Positions 46,039-54,796 of a DNA stretch of 64,000 nt are shown one piece after another. A program made the position numbers and the translations under genes. The notes below the pieces were generated by a model. That model was not told where the DNA came from. It saw only the letters and a program-made list of their open reading frames with translations, and did no database searches. The first letter of the stretch is position 1. Each line of letters begins with the position of its first letter. The stretch is from the IMG/VR virus record IMGVR_UViG_3300033067_001837, positions 46,583 to 110,582 of that record; one strand, 5' to 3'. The DNA is from a virus (Duplodnaviria; Caudoviricetes).

Positions 46039-46368
46039 ATGATGACGAAACTTTCTATTTCTGATTGTCGGTGCCTGGCGTCTAGGGCTTGGGCTATTCG
46101 CAGGTTCCATGCTGCGAGGCTAGGTGTTCCGATACGTTCAGTATCGTGGCGCGAATGTTTGTTGCTGGCTCGGGATGAATGGTTCAGGGCCGAAGAGGAT
46201 CGTAAGCGTGCTTCTTCTCGGTCGGGGTGGTTTCCTCTGGTTCGGGTGAATTTAAACCCGGTTTGTTTGGAGGTTCGGTCTGCTCATTCTGCTCATAGTA
46301 GTTGTTCCTGGAGGACTATAGGGTGTTCGCTGGTTTTGTTTCTTGTAGGGGGGGTAAGTATATGCTAG
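46039..46368 (+). CDS. Early hypothetical protein
   Basis: First gene after promoter TTGTAT-17-TAATAT (~45939-45967); GGAGG RBS. Confidence 0.5.
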   Translation: MMTKLSISDCRCLASRAWAIRRFHAARLGVPIRSVSWRECLLLARDEWFRAEEDRKRASSRSGWFPLVRVNLNPVCLEVRSAHSAHSSCSWRTIGCSLVLFLVGGVSIC

Positions 46369-46637
46369 TCGTTCCACTAATAGAGTCCTATAAAACTCTA
46401 TTTCCTGGGCCAAAGCGGGCTTCACGTAAGGCGCTATATGCTGACATTATGGCACGTTGCGGTGGAAGTCGGAAGGTAGAGCATCGGATTATCAGGAAAT
46501 GGGGAACGCGCGAGGTAGCGATTCCTGATGATGCACGGGAGGCCATGCAGGACGCAGTGATCGAGGCATGGACAGGGGAGTTCGACAAGGAGGGTTTGAA
46601 ATTGGCGATTTCGGTATATCCGAAAGAAATTTCTTGA
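46362..46637 (+). CDS. Early hypothetical protein, possibly DNA-binding
   Basis: Start MLVVP; R.IRKW....V.IP pattern reminiscent of HTH proteins. Confidence 0.5.
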   Translation: MLVVPLIESYKTLFPGPKRASRKALYADIMARCGGSRKVEHRIIRKWGTREVAIPDDAREAMQDAVIEAWTGEFDKEGLKLAISVYPKEIS

Positions 46638-46733
46638 TTTTAGTGTAATTTTTCACTGGGGTGAGTAGATCGAACTACTCACCAAACCAGTCTTTCAACT
46701 GAACAACTACCTGGGGCAACAGAGGAAAGCATC

Positions 46734-46844
46734 ATGGCATTCGTACCGGTGAAAGACCTCCGCAAATTGGAGGGTGAAGAGTTCGAGGCGGCCCATGCTA
46801 AAAACATGGAAATCATGAGCGCTGATGGGGGTGCCAAATCATGA
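46734..46844 (+). CDS. 36-aa early peptide
   Basis: MAFVPVKDLRKLEGEEFEAAHAKNMEIMSADGGAKS; GAGGA RBS. Confidence 0.45.
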   Translation: MAFVPVKDLRKLEGEEFEAAHAKNMEIMSADGGAKS

Positions 46845-47185
46845 TGAGCAAATTGGAGGGTACAGTTATGTTGCGTAGTCTACAGACTAATAATTCATCT
46901 ACGCGTAAAGCGTGGTCAGATGCATATCGAGCGGCTCGGTCTTCTTCGAGGTCTTCTCTTCCAATATCAATATCATTGGACATGCCGTTATTCTTCGAGG
47001 CTTTAATGCTTGTTGTGGACACAGCATCTGCTCTTCGTCATCGGCGCTGGTTGAGCCGTTCCATTCCTGAACTCGTTTCTTCTTCCTCTGCTTCTAACTC
47101 TACTGAAGTAGCGCGCTGGGTAGTTCCAGCGAGGTCAGCGCTGTACAGCCTGTGGAATCTACGTCGGTCGGGGGGTGCATCATGA
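46841..47185 (+). CDS. Early hypothetical protein
   Basis: Coupled ORF; RKAW.DAYRAAR. Confidence 0.45.
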   Translation: MMSKLEGTVMLRSLQTNNSSTRKAWSDAYRAARSSSRSSLPISISLDMPLFFEALMLVVDTASALRHRRWLSRSIPELVSSSSASNSTEVARWVVPARSALYSLWNLRRSGGAS

Positions 47186-47685
47186 TTATTCCGGTGATCA
47201 ATTCTTTCAAGTTTTCGCATCAAGGAATGATGTTTCTTGCGAACGTACTCAGTGATGAGTTCGCCGGAACACCATGGGAGGGTGATAGGGCAGACTTTCA
47301 TGGGTTAGTCTCTGAATGGACTCAACGGGAACGGGTATGTGGTGAACGTGTTTTATGGAGGGATGATGGTTTTCGGAGGCTGTACGATCATCGCGCTTCC
47401 GTACAGCGATTTATGAAGGATTGCGTTTGTACTCGTGATCGGGCGCATGAAATTGCCAGAGAAGATTTCAAGCGTCTTAAAGCATGGTGTAATGGGGAGT
47501 GGGAATATTGTGGACTTGAAGTCAGTTTGCTAGATGACTTCAATGATGAAATCAATGGGTTTGAACAGACATTGTGGGGGCTTGAAAGCGATAATGGTGA
47601 ATACTTGCGAGTTGTGGCAAGTGATTTAGCGGAGGAAATGATCGCGAAAGCGAGTTGCTTTGAAACAGCGGCAGGGGGTGTGTGA
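47182..47685 (+). CDS. Early hypothetical protein
   Basis: RLKAWCNGEWEYCG..V...TLWG.ESD..EYL pattern of phage early genes. Confidence 0.6.
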   Translation: MIIPVINSFKFSHQGMMFLANVLSDEFAGTPWEGDRADFHGLVSEWTQRERVCGERVLWRDDGFRRLYDHRASVQRFMKDCVCTRDRAHEIAREDFKRLKAWCNGEWEYCGLEVSLLDDFNDEINGFEQTLWGLESDNGEYLRVVASDLAEEMIAKASCFETAAGGV

Positions 47686-47954
47686 TGAAGTATCGCGTAT
47701 ACTTTCATGGGGGGTCTAGTTATGGTTGTGCAGATTGGAACGGAGAGCCTGACTATACTGTCTCATCGATAAAAAGGGCATGTGAGTTGCTAGATCGGAT
47801 ACCTAATAGTCGGCGATTTCCATGTGTTGATGCAATTCCACCTGAAGCAGGTGGTCCTGAATTAATTCTGTTTAAGGATGGGAATGATAGTGACTATCCT
47901 GACTTCGCAGTTTTTTTCGGGAAGCGTGGTGGTATTCGGATATCGCGATTATGA
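47685..47954 (+). CDS. Early hypothetical protein
   Basis: F.GGSSY...YPD....G.RGGIR. Confidence 0.6.
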   Translation: MKYRVYFHGGSSYGCADWNGEPDYTVSSIKRACELLDRIPNSRRFPCVDAIPPEAGGPELILFKDGNDSDYPDFAVFFGKRGGIRISRL

Positions 47955-48160
47955 GTAACATTATTATGAAAGCCGTACACAGTTATCTGTCCGCTGATGG
48001 CGCGAATAGCCTGGATGAAGTCCATGCCGTTTTGCGTGGACTCCCGCATCAGGATATAGCGGATCAGATTATCGCTGGGGATGAAAGCCAGCGCGATGCC
48101 GTATTGGCCGAACTGGCCGAAATACTAAGTGATCTTAACAGCCGGGGGGGGTGTAGTTGA
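47951..48160 (+). CDS. Early hypothetical protein
   Basis: 69 aa, ATGA coupling. Confidence 0.5.
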   Translation: MSNIIMKAVHSYLSADGANSLDEVHAVLRGLPHQDIADQIIAGDESQRDAVLAELAEILSDLNSRGGCS

Positions 48161-48324
48161 TGAATCGAGTTAATTATTCTCTGTTCGGCTGGTATTGGCT
48201 TGATTGGAAGAACTACGAGCCTGGCTTGATGGATGATGAGGGTCGCTTTGTTTCGGTCTATCGTCTATTCGATAATACCCCAGCCTCTTTGTTTCTTTAT
48301 CTGGCCGAAAAAGGTTTTTTCTAA
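48160..48324 (+). CDS. 54-aa early protein
   Basis: MNRVNYSLFGWYWLDWKNYEPGLMDDEGRFVSVYRLFDNTPASLFLYLAEKGFF; TGATG coupling. Confidence 0.45.
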   Translation: MNRVNYSLFGWYWLDWKNYEPGLMDDEGRFVSVYRLFDNTPASLFLYLAEKGFF

Positions 48325-48361
48325 TGCATCCTCAAAACGTAGACACTACGGAGAAAATGAC

Positions 48362-48580
48362 ATGAACGCAAAAAACTTTGCGAGAAAAGCTTTTGACGTG
48401 CTTACTGTGACGGGAGACGGCGTTGAACTCTGGAAAAACGATCTGACATTTGACGAAGCGTTGGAGGAAATTAAAAACGCGAAATCTGAATTTGGCGGGC
48501 GTTATTGGATAGAGGAAGGTCGGATAAATCCTCTAGACCGAAAATTTTCTTTTTATGAGAGGTATCTTGATGGATGCTGA
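48362..48580 (+). CDS. Early hypothetical protein
   Basis: Start MNAKNF after GGAG RBS. Confidence 0.55.
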   Translation: MNAKNFARKAFDVLTVTGDGVELWKNDLTFDEALEEIKNAKSEFGGRYWIEEGRINPLDRKFSFYERYLDGC

Positions 48581-48782
48581 ATTTGATCGTGAAATCAATA
48601 GGGTGTTAACGCAGGTGGCGAAAGATCAGTTACAGCTCACTTCGTTGCATAATATCGATCAAAGCCCAGAGGATCGTAAGCGATTTTATCTCTGGGATAT
48701 TCGGAGAGCATTGTTGGATGCTTATCTTCGCGGATTTAAGGACGGAAAAGACGGGGTGTGTGATGACAGTAGTAGTCAGTAG
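48570..48782 (+). CDS. Early hypothetical protein
   Basis: IA/VA...L.L.SL......D.....W.I..AL..AY..G pattern. Confidence 0.55.
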   Translation: MDAEFDREINRVLTQVAKDQLQLTSLHNIDQSPEDRKRFYLWDIRRALLDAYLRGFKDGKDGVCDDSSSQ

Positions 48783-48996
48783 TTATGATGGGGTGGCTCA
48801 TCTGATTGAGGCGTGTTTCGATCTTCGGGGGGCGCCGTACCTTCCGGACGTGTTACCTATCGGATACGTCTACTTGGATGCAGATTTTCAGGTGCATTGT
48901 CCAGCGTGCGCAAACTTGCCGGAGGTGCGGACGTTTATGGAGTCCGCCGACCTAGTCGATGCTGACGATAAATGTGTGGTCTGCGGGGGTCTGTAA
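48763..48996 (+). CDS. Early Cys-rich hypothetical protein
   Basis: HCPACA...C.VCG. Confidence 0.55.
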   Translation: MTVVVSSYDGVAHLIEACFDLRGAPYLPDVLPIGYVYLDADFQVHCPACANLPEVRTFMESADLVDADDKCVVCGGL

Positions 48997-49086
48997 TCCT
49001 CTCTTCTGCGCCTGGGATTTTTATTCCGGGCGCATCGGAGAGGGTTGCATGGGGCGGCTCTCTGTTGAACTTAGAGGTGTGTAATA

Positions 49087-49554
49087 ATGACTGCTATGAC
49101 TCTTTCTGCCGCCAAACAAATAATCCGGGATGCTCGCGAGCATGTATCTCGGTTAGGGAAATTTGAAGGTCAGGAACCGTGGGTAGCGGCGCTCTATTGC
49201 TCGGACTGGTGGGGGTGTGAGGATGAATATGCAGGTGATGAGATGACGTGGTGTGGTCTCTGGATCATGCCGTGGGATGAAGTACGGGCCGAACAGGCGG
49301 ATGATTCATACTGGTTTTTGCTATTCCGTGAATTACGGGGTTCTACGTGTATCACTGTATCTGAATCAGAATACGGGTTTGTGACAGGGGAGGTTCACTT
49401 CGAGTCCGTGGATAAGGTAGCCGCGTTAATGCACAAATGGTTTGATCCTAAATGTCCATACTGCGGGGCTACGCTGGATGATGAATATATAGGGCTTGTG
49501 GATGGAGAGCGGGTATGCACAATGTGCGCGAAGGCTATCGATGAAACAGCGTGA
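49087..49554 (+). CDS. Early hypothetical protein with C-terminal zinc ribbon
   Basis: GKFEG N-terminal motif; CPYCG...CTMC. Confidence 0.6.
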   Translation: MTAMTLSAAKQIIRDAREHVSRLGKFEGQEPWVAALYCSDWWGCEDEYAGDEMTWCGLWIMPWDEVRAEQADDSYWFLLFRELRGSTCITVSESEYGFVTGEVHFESVDKVAALMHKWFDPKCPYCGATLDDEYIGLVDGERVCTMCAKAIDETA

Positions 49555-49612
49555 AAAACTGATTCATCAGGCTATCCAATGGTTGTCGCCGGAGACCCTG
49601 ACGAGGTGTGTA

Positions 49613-49825
49613 ATGGTGTTTACTGAGGTTCGGTGTCTGAATAATCCTGGACGGATTCTGGTCTATTCCCTTCCTCCAAGGATGGCGGTGTTTGCGGCGT
49701 ATCAGCAAAATCTAGGTGATTACAATCATTGGGAGTATGAGCGTTTGATCGAAGCGTCGGTTCAGAGGACGAAGAACGGTTGGGTCTGCGGCAACTTCTG
49801 GGCGCAGGATAATGAGGAGGTGTGA
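49613..49825 (+). CDS. Early hypothetical protein
   Basis: YSLPP..AV.AAY.Q..GDYN.W.Y; RBS GAGGTG before 49613. Confidence 0.55.
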   Translation: MVFTEVRCLNNPGRILVYSLPPRMAVFAAYQQNLGDYNHWEYERLIEASVQRTKNGWVCGNFWAQDNEEV

Positions 49826-49826
49826 T

Positions 49827-50087
49827 ATGTCTTCTAGCGTTCGGTTTTTGTGGTCGGTTACGGCGGGGGGTCTATCCGCTCTTCCACATCAGAATGGCTA
49901 TTCATTTCAATGGGGCGCTACAGTTGTTCAGTCAGCGCATGTCTTCGCAATTGGTCGTAAGGGTTATCAAGCGTATGTGACTGGTCTTCCTGGGGGGGGT
50001 CTCTGGACTAATCTGGGGACATTTCGGCGTTCGAGTTCTGCTCGTAAGGCTTGTCGTTTGGCAATTGAGGATAAGATATGTCTCTAA
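49827..50087 (+). CDS. Early hypothetical protein
   Basis: GGAGG RBS. Confidence 0.5.
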   Translation: MSSSVRFLWSVTAGGLSALPHQNGYSFQWGATVVQSAHVFAIGRKGYQAYVTGLPGGGLWTNLGTFRRSSSARKACRLAIEDKICL

Positions 50088-50266
50088 CAGTTGAACTGGC
50101 ATCGGGGCGAGTAGTTTCGCTTTCTGGCTACCTGGGGGCTGTTCGGGCAATTAACCTGTGTAGTCCCAGAGCACGCGAAGTGCTCAAGGCTGAACTGCAA
50201 CGCACAATACAGTGCCGTATATCTAGGAATTTGCCGTGGTATCGGCACGGGCGAAAATGGGTATGA
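50078..50266 (+). CDS. Early hypothetical protein
   Basis: GAGGA RBS, 62 aa. Confidence 0.45.
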   Translation: MSLTVELASGRVVSLSGYLGAVRAINLCSPRAREVLKAELQRTIQCRISRNLPWYRHGRKWV

Positions 50267-50475
50267 TAGGCCATGATGAGGTATGGCAGGTCGCTGTGGG
50301 GCGGTCAATTCCGTTCCATGGAAAAATGGCGGCAATCCGCTGGTTGAAAGGCCAAGGATATGTCCGATCAGGATCATCTTGGATTCTCGGTGACTGCTCG
50401 GCGAACTGGGTACAAATTCCGGGTAGTGAGCCTTCCGGGGTGATAGTAGTTTCGCAACGGTATGGAGGTGTGTAA
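50263..50475 (+). CDS. Early hypothetical protein
   Basis: ATGA coupling. Confidence 0.45.
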   Translation: MIGHDEVWQVAVGRSIPFHGKMAAIRWLKGQGYVRSGSSWILGDCSANWVQIPGSEPSGVIVVSQRYGGV

Positions 50476-50864
50476 TGACGAATTTTTCTCGTAAGTGGTA
50501 TTCATGCGATGTGCGTGATCCAGTACCGAATATTCGGTTCTGGGTGTATCCCCTTGCTGGGCGGTGCATGTCGGCGGTGAAATTAACGCTACGTCCAGGG
50601 GATGAAGTAGTATTTGAATCATGGGGAAAGCATAGTGAAGGTTGGCATCGAGTGAGTGATGTTTATTCGTATGACGGAATAAATGTCATGCGCGTCTGGT
50701 ATGAAGATGGGGCAGACTGCGATGGTCGGGTAAGCCGTTGTGGGAGAGAGATTTTAGTAGCAGTCTCAGGAGACTGGAATCCTATTTCCCGTGTGGACTA
50801 TCCGATATGGAAAAGAGCTAGTTCTCGGCAGCGTGACTATACCGCAGAGGCTATGGGTTACTAG
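50475..50864 (+). CDS. Early hypothetical protein
   Basis: EGW...DG.DCDGR.S...W....S.QRDY.AEAMGY ending. Confidence 0.55.
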   Translation: MTNFSRKWYSCDVRDPVPNIRFWVYPLAGRCMSAVKLTLRPGDEVVFESWGKHSEGWHRVSDVYSYDGINVMRVWYEDGADCDGRVSRCGREILVAVSGDWNPISRVDYPIWKRASSRQRDYTAEAMGY

Positions 50865-50958
50865 CCAGTTATCGCGCCCTGGTTCGCCAGGGCATTTAGT
50901 TTTGAAATTTTTGCGAGTTCAACCGTTGTAGTATATAGGCAACCAAAAGGGGCGTGTG

Positions 50959-51246
50959 ATGATGAAAACATTGGCAGGGTGGAAAAAGTCCGGGCTAAAT
51001 CTAGAGAAATACCTTCGTCCGGGCGACGAAATAAACGATGAATTGTACTTCTATATGCTTGAGTGCGGGAACCCGGTGTTCTGGAGAGCGGGTGTGTTCG
51101 CGATGGTTGACCCTTCTTGTGAAGCGGGAGGGGAACTGTACTACTCGGCTTTCCAAGATCGGGGAGCGGGTTATCGGTTTTTGGGTAATCAGTCGATTGA
51201 TGCACTAAATCGGTTTTCAAACCGCGTGGTCAGTGCGTTCAACTAA
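50959..51246 (+). CDS. Early hypothetical protein
   Basis: MKT..GW..SGL.LE.YL.PGDE...ELY.Y.LE...P. Confidence 0.6.
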   Translation: MMKTLAGWKKSGLNLEKYLRPGDEINDELYFYMLECGNPVFWRAGVFAMVDPSCEAGGELYYSAFQDRGAGYRFLGNQSIDALNRFSNRVVSAFN

Positions 51247-51500
51247 CGTGTGTTTGACTAGGCTGTATTAACGTTCGATTGTCTCTAATAGGATTTTTAA
51301 ATTATTTTATTTTAAAATAACGAGTTGATTTTTTTTCCCTCGACCGATACTGACCCACAAATCCAGAAAACATTATTGTTAATTTCAACCATAGCCACAC
51401 TGCCAAGTGTGGCTTGGGGTGAACCATGAAAATAAAAGACGCACTTAATTACGCAGTTGCGAAAGAGTCGCTGCAAGCAGCAGCATAAACGGAGAAACTG

Positions 51501-51947
51501 ATGAAATCACTGCATAAGGTTTTTTGCAACGGGAAGCATTTCGGCAACCAACTTGCCAAAACGCCTCAGAGGGCATGTTTCTTGTGGGGTAAAAAAGCAG
51601 GTATTCCCTGGCAACACTTGACCGCTGTGGATGCGTGCTCATCTGACGAACGTATTGAAGCGGCGCGGTTGGCGTCAGAGGGAAAATCCCATGACCGTGT
51701 TCTTAAATCACCGGGAGCTTCTATGTATAAGGAAGTAGTATTCATGTTTGGGCGGTGGGAACCCGTCCATCTTGACCCACAGCATTACGAGCTATGGGTA
51801 TATGGCGACAACGGAATGCCTTATCTGATTCCTGATGGAACCCGAAGCTATTGGTTATATTGGTTGCCGTGGAAAAGTGGTTTCGGGTTCTATGGGAATT
51901 TAAAAATGTATAGGCTGATAAAACAGCCTTCAAATAATTCTAACTAA
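51501..51947 (+). CDS. Early hypothetical protein (possibly two fused ORFs)
   Basis: GGAG RBS at the start and a second GGAG before internal MYKEV. Confidence 0.45.
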   Translation: MKSLHKVFCNGKHFGNQLAKTPQRACFLWGKKAGIPWQHLTAVDACSSDERIEAARLASEGKSHDRVLKSPGASMYKEVVFMFGRWEPVHLDPQHYELWVYGDNGMPYLIPDGTRSYWLYWLPWKSGFGFYGNLKMYRLIKQPSNNSN

Positions 51948-51961
51948 GTGAGGTGTTTGTT

Positions 51962-52240
51962 ATGACGAAACAATCTATTGACAACATCCGGGCAATTTGC
52001 CGGGTGTTTCCTGATGACCAGGACGCAATTTTACTGTTTCCCGATCAAGAAGAGCGTGATGGCAGCGTGAATAGCTGGCAACCTAACCGGAGGTCATGCG
52101 AGTGTATCTCGCGATCTACCCCGTTATACGAGACCAGCCACGAAAGAAGAATTAGCGTCTATAAAGAATCTTTATGAGACGTATTATGACTGCAATCTTG
52201 TTATAATGCAGAGAATGCCGCCAGCGCGGCGGCGTTTTTA
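51962..52240 (+). pseudogene. Early gene with apparent +1 frameshift near 52085
   Basis: RVFP.D.DAILLFP...SWQP continues in the shifted frame as TGGHASVS...RPATKEELASIKNLYE...RRF*. Confidence 0.55.
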
Positions 52241-52285
52241 ATCCCCAATCCCGCAGTTATCTGCGGGGCAATCTAAGAGGTGTGT

Positions 52286-52474
52286 ATGCAAGACGAAACT
52301 TACACTTATCGCCTGATCGATGACGGTAGAGAGTATCTAATCTATCGGAAGTCGACTCAAGCTTTGGTGGCTGGGGGAATTCTAAAGAACCCATCAGCAG
52401 CCGTTGAAGAAGCTAAACGGCATATTGCCCGCTTGCAGCGTAGTGATCGTGCCGCACAACAGGAGGTCGCATAA
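52286..52474 (+). CDS. Early hypothetical protein
   Basis: GAGGTG RBS. Confidence 0.5.
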   Translation: MQDETYTYRLIDDGREYLIYRKSTQALVAGGILKNPSAAVEEAKRHIARLQRSDRAAQQEVA

Positions 52475-52562
52475 TGGGCGAATTTGCCAAGCGCCGCTCA
52501 AACGGTGCGAAGATCAAAATTGTCATCGATAACCCCGATTACCGTCCATTCCAGGAGGAACC

Positions 52563-53021
52563 ATGTACTACGAATCCATAAGTCATCGATCAGTTCCGGT
52601 TGCGAGCGCTATTGATGCCGCGACTTGCATCCACGAATTACGCGCCTTTTCTTGTGACGCCTTGATCTGGAGTACCGGAAATCGCCGGTTCTGCGTGGTG
52701 GCAGACGGGGATTTAGACCATCCCTGGAGCGAGGTAGCCGTGATCGACTTGAACGAGTCGGTTCAAATCGAAAGCATCACTTTCGCATGGGTTAAGACTC
52801 TAGAGGAGAAAATCCAGCATCTTGTCGAGTGCGAAACCACTGAATTTCGTATGAGGAAGGCGCTGTTACCGTTGGATGGTGAGGGTGAGTCCAAGAAGGT
52901 AATGTTTACCTGTTCCTGTTGCGGGAAAGAATTTCAGTCCACAATTAAGGAGCAATGGGTTTTCGATCAGGACGATGGTTATGGAAAATGTCCCAAGTGT
53001 ATCAAGAGGTTCGGCGAATGA
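52563..53021 (+). CDS. Early protein with C-terminal zinc ribbon
   Basis: GGAGG RBS; CSCCG...DQD.GYG.CPKC. Confidence 0.6.
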   Translation: MYYESISHRSVPVASAIDAATCIHELRAFSCDALIWSTGNRRFCVVADGDLDHPWSEVAVIDLNESVQIESITFAWVKTLEEKIQHLVECETTEFRMRKALLPLDGEGESKKVMFTCSCCGKEFQSTIKEQWVFDQDDGYGKCPKCIKRFGE

Positions 53022-53177
53022 TCCATCAAAATAACCGTCCAGGTCGCACTGCTAAGACCTTGACCACTTCCGAAGGTAAGCGGTTCGGTATTAAGGTCTG
53101 GAATGACGTAGAGACCATTATGCCGTGGGGTCACTACAGAACATCTCCCAAAATTGGGGCAGATAAGGAGGTGCGCC

Positions 53178-53486
53178 ATGACGCATGATCAGCAGATTGC
53201 CAAAACCATCCTGGATCAACTAGGGGGTCAACGGTTTATCGTGATGACGGGGGCTAAAAAGTTTATCGCGATAGAGTCCGGACTGCAATTCAAGCTACCA
53301 TCCAGACTCACTCAACGTAGTATCGATACGGTGCGGATCACGTTGACGCCAATGGACGAGTATAACATCGAATTTGGGAGAGTCAGGAAGCTGGATTACA
53401 GTGTAATCGAGTCGGTTGACGGTGTGTACTGTGACCAACTCCAGGAAATATTCACGGAAAAAACCGGGTTGCTTACTCGGCTCTAA
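53178..53486 (+). CDS. Conserved phage hypothetical protein
   Basis: IA.TIL.QLGG.RF..MTGAK...D.Y..EF...GVYCDQLQE.FT..TGL.T.L. Confidence 0.7.
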   Translation: MTHDQQIAKTILDQLGGQRFIVMTGAKKFIAIESGLQFKLPSRLTQRSIDTVRITLTPMDEYNIEFGRVRKLDYSVIESVDGVYCDQLQEIFTEKTGLLTRL

Positions 53487-53869
53487 CCCGCTCTTGATAG
53501 CACAATGCCGCAAAAGGCGCTCTCAGCCCTTTTGCGGCGCGCAGACAGCGCTGGGATGGTCATACCCATCCTGGCCGCAACATCCGCAATTTTGGCGCTC
53601 CTGGCTCGCAAATAGATTGCTTCAATCACCTGCGCTGATTTCCCATCTCGCTCTCGCAGTTCTCGCATTGCGACCGATGCTTGCCGCGCCATCTCGTTGG
53701 GTTCTACTCCCAGGGGGATGGTAGTATTAAACCCCGATTGACCGATACCGACCTGGTCAACTAGCCGGTCTGTAGGACTACGATGATTCCATCCGTGGTT
53801 TTCGCACAACCAGCGCGCCCATTGATTTAGCAAACACTGACAATATTGATGATGCTCTCGATTATCCAT
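53483..53869 (-). CDS. Putative late transcription regulator (Q-antiterminator/sigma region 4-like)
   Basis: LL.QWARW N-terminus and C-terminal HTH (IADVAARMGMT..AL..RR.RAE). Confidence 0.55.
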   Translation of the reverse strand: MDNREHHQYCQCLLNQWARWLCENHGWNHRSPTDRLVDQVGIGQSGFNTTIPLGVEPNEMARQASVAMRELRERDGKSAQVIEAIYLRARSAKIADVAARMGMTIPALSARRKRAESAFCGIVLSRAG

Positions 53870-54185
53870 TTCGTTGTCCTATTTTTATCTTCAAAAACCG
53901 ATATTTAAACCCTTCAAAATCATTTTCCAATGCGGTGCGTATATCTTCGGTACTGACACCTATGACATCGCAAACCCAATTAAATGATCCGATATAAATT
54001 CGCTTATCCTGAAACCACTGCCTTGCTCGGCGCTGTTCGTTGGGTTTATTATCATTAATAAGATCATTCAGCGCCTGCCACAGTACCGATAGCCACAGCC
54101 CGCGTTCACGGGTATATGGGACAGTGGTAGGCGTTAGATTAAGCTCAAACGATAACCACTCGAAAGATGAGCGTTGTCGACCCAT
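53862..54185 (-). CDS. Hypothetical phage protein
   Basis: ER.LW.SVL.QAL.D...AR.WF...GSF.WVC..IG. Confidence 0.6.
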   Translation of the reverse strand: MGRQRSSFEWLSFELNLTPTTVPYTRERGLWLSVLWQALNDLINDNKPNEQRRARQWFQDKRIYIGSFNWVCDVIGVSTEDIRTALENDFEGFKYRFLKIKIGQRNG

Positions 54186-54628
54186 TAGACGCCGGTGCTG
54201 CCAAACCCTCCCTGGTTGCGTTCGGTATCATCCAGGGTGGTAACAGGTTCAAAGTCTCCCAGGAAGCAGGGCACCACCACCAGTTGCGCGATGCGGTCGC
54301 CATCCTCGATCACCAACAATTCATCTGAGTCGTTCCAGAGGATGACGCCAACCGTATTGCGATAGCCTGCGTCAATCGTTCCTGGCGAGTTGCCGATCCT
54401 GACCCGATGTTTCAGCGCCATCCCGCTGCGGGGGGTCACGAAACCCACCCAGCCAATAGGAATCGCAATCTTGATTCCTGCTGGAATCAGGCGTTGTTCA
54501 CCGGGATTGAGAGTAACTTGGCCTTCAGGCAGATAGGCCTTCAAATCAGCGCCCGCATCGCCAAATCGGGCACGGGTAGGAATATAACGGGGGTATTCGG
54601 CAATAATGGGGATCGAGAGTGGGGTCAT
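54185..54628 (-). CDS. dut: Trimeric dUTPase
   Basis: AGADL, PRSG, NSPGTIDAGYR, GDRIAQLV, R..GGFGSTG. Confidence 0.95.
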   Translation of the reverse strand: MTPLSIPIIAEYPRYIPTRARFGDAGADLKAYLPEGQVTLNPGEQRLIPAGIKIAIPIGWVGFVTPRSGMALKHRVRIGNSPGTIDAGYRNTVGVILWNDSDELLVIEDGDRIAQLVVVPCFLGDFEPVTTLDDTERNQGGFGSTGV

Positions 54629-54765
54629 GTGATGCTCCTAATAAAAAAATAATTTTGATTTGGGTTTTTCATTTTACATTTATCTCCATGGTATCTTGCA
54701 AGACTGGATATATTGACTTCTTTATTACAATAATGGCATATCTTTTTTATTTTTGTTGGGTACAT
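54625..54765 (-). CDS. 46-aa C2HC zinc-finger peptide, probable homing-endonuclease remnant
   Basis: MYPTKIKKICHYCNKEVNISSLARYHGDKCK...; very AT-rich; coupled to dut. Confidence 0.45.
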   Translation of the reverse strand: MYPTKIKKICHYCNKEVNISSLARYHGDKCKMKNPNQNYFFIRSIT

Positions 54766-54796
54766 TCCTTCATTTATTATTTGCTGTTTTTTTTGT

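Noticed and set aside
46388-53513. Minus-strand ORFs within the early region
   Set aside because: They lie antisense to a tightly coupled plus-strand gene chain and have no recognisable features.
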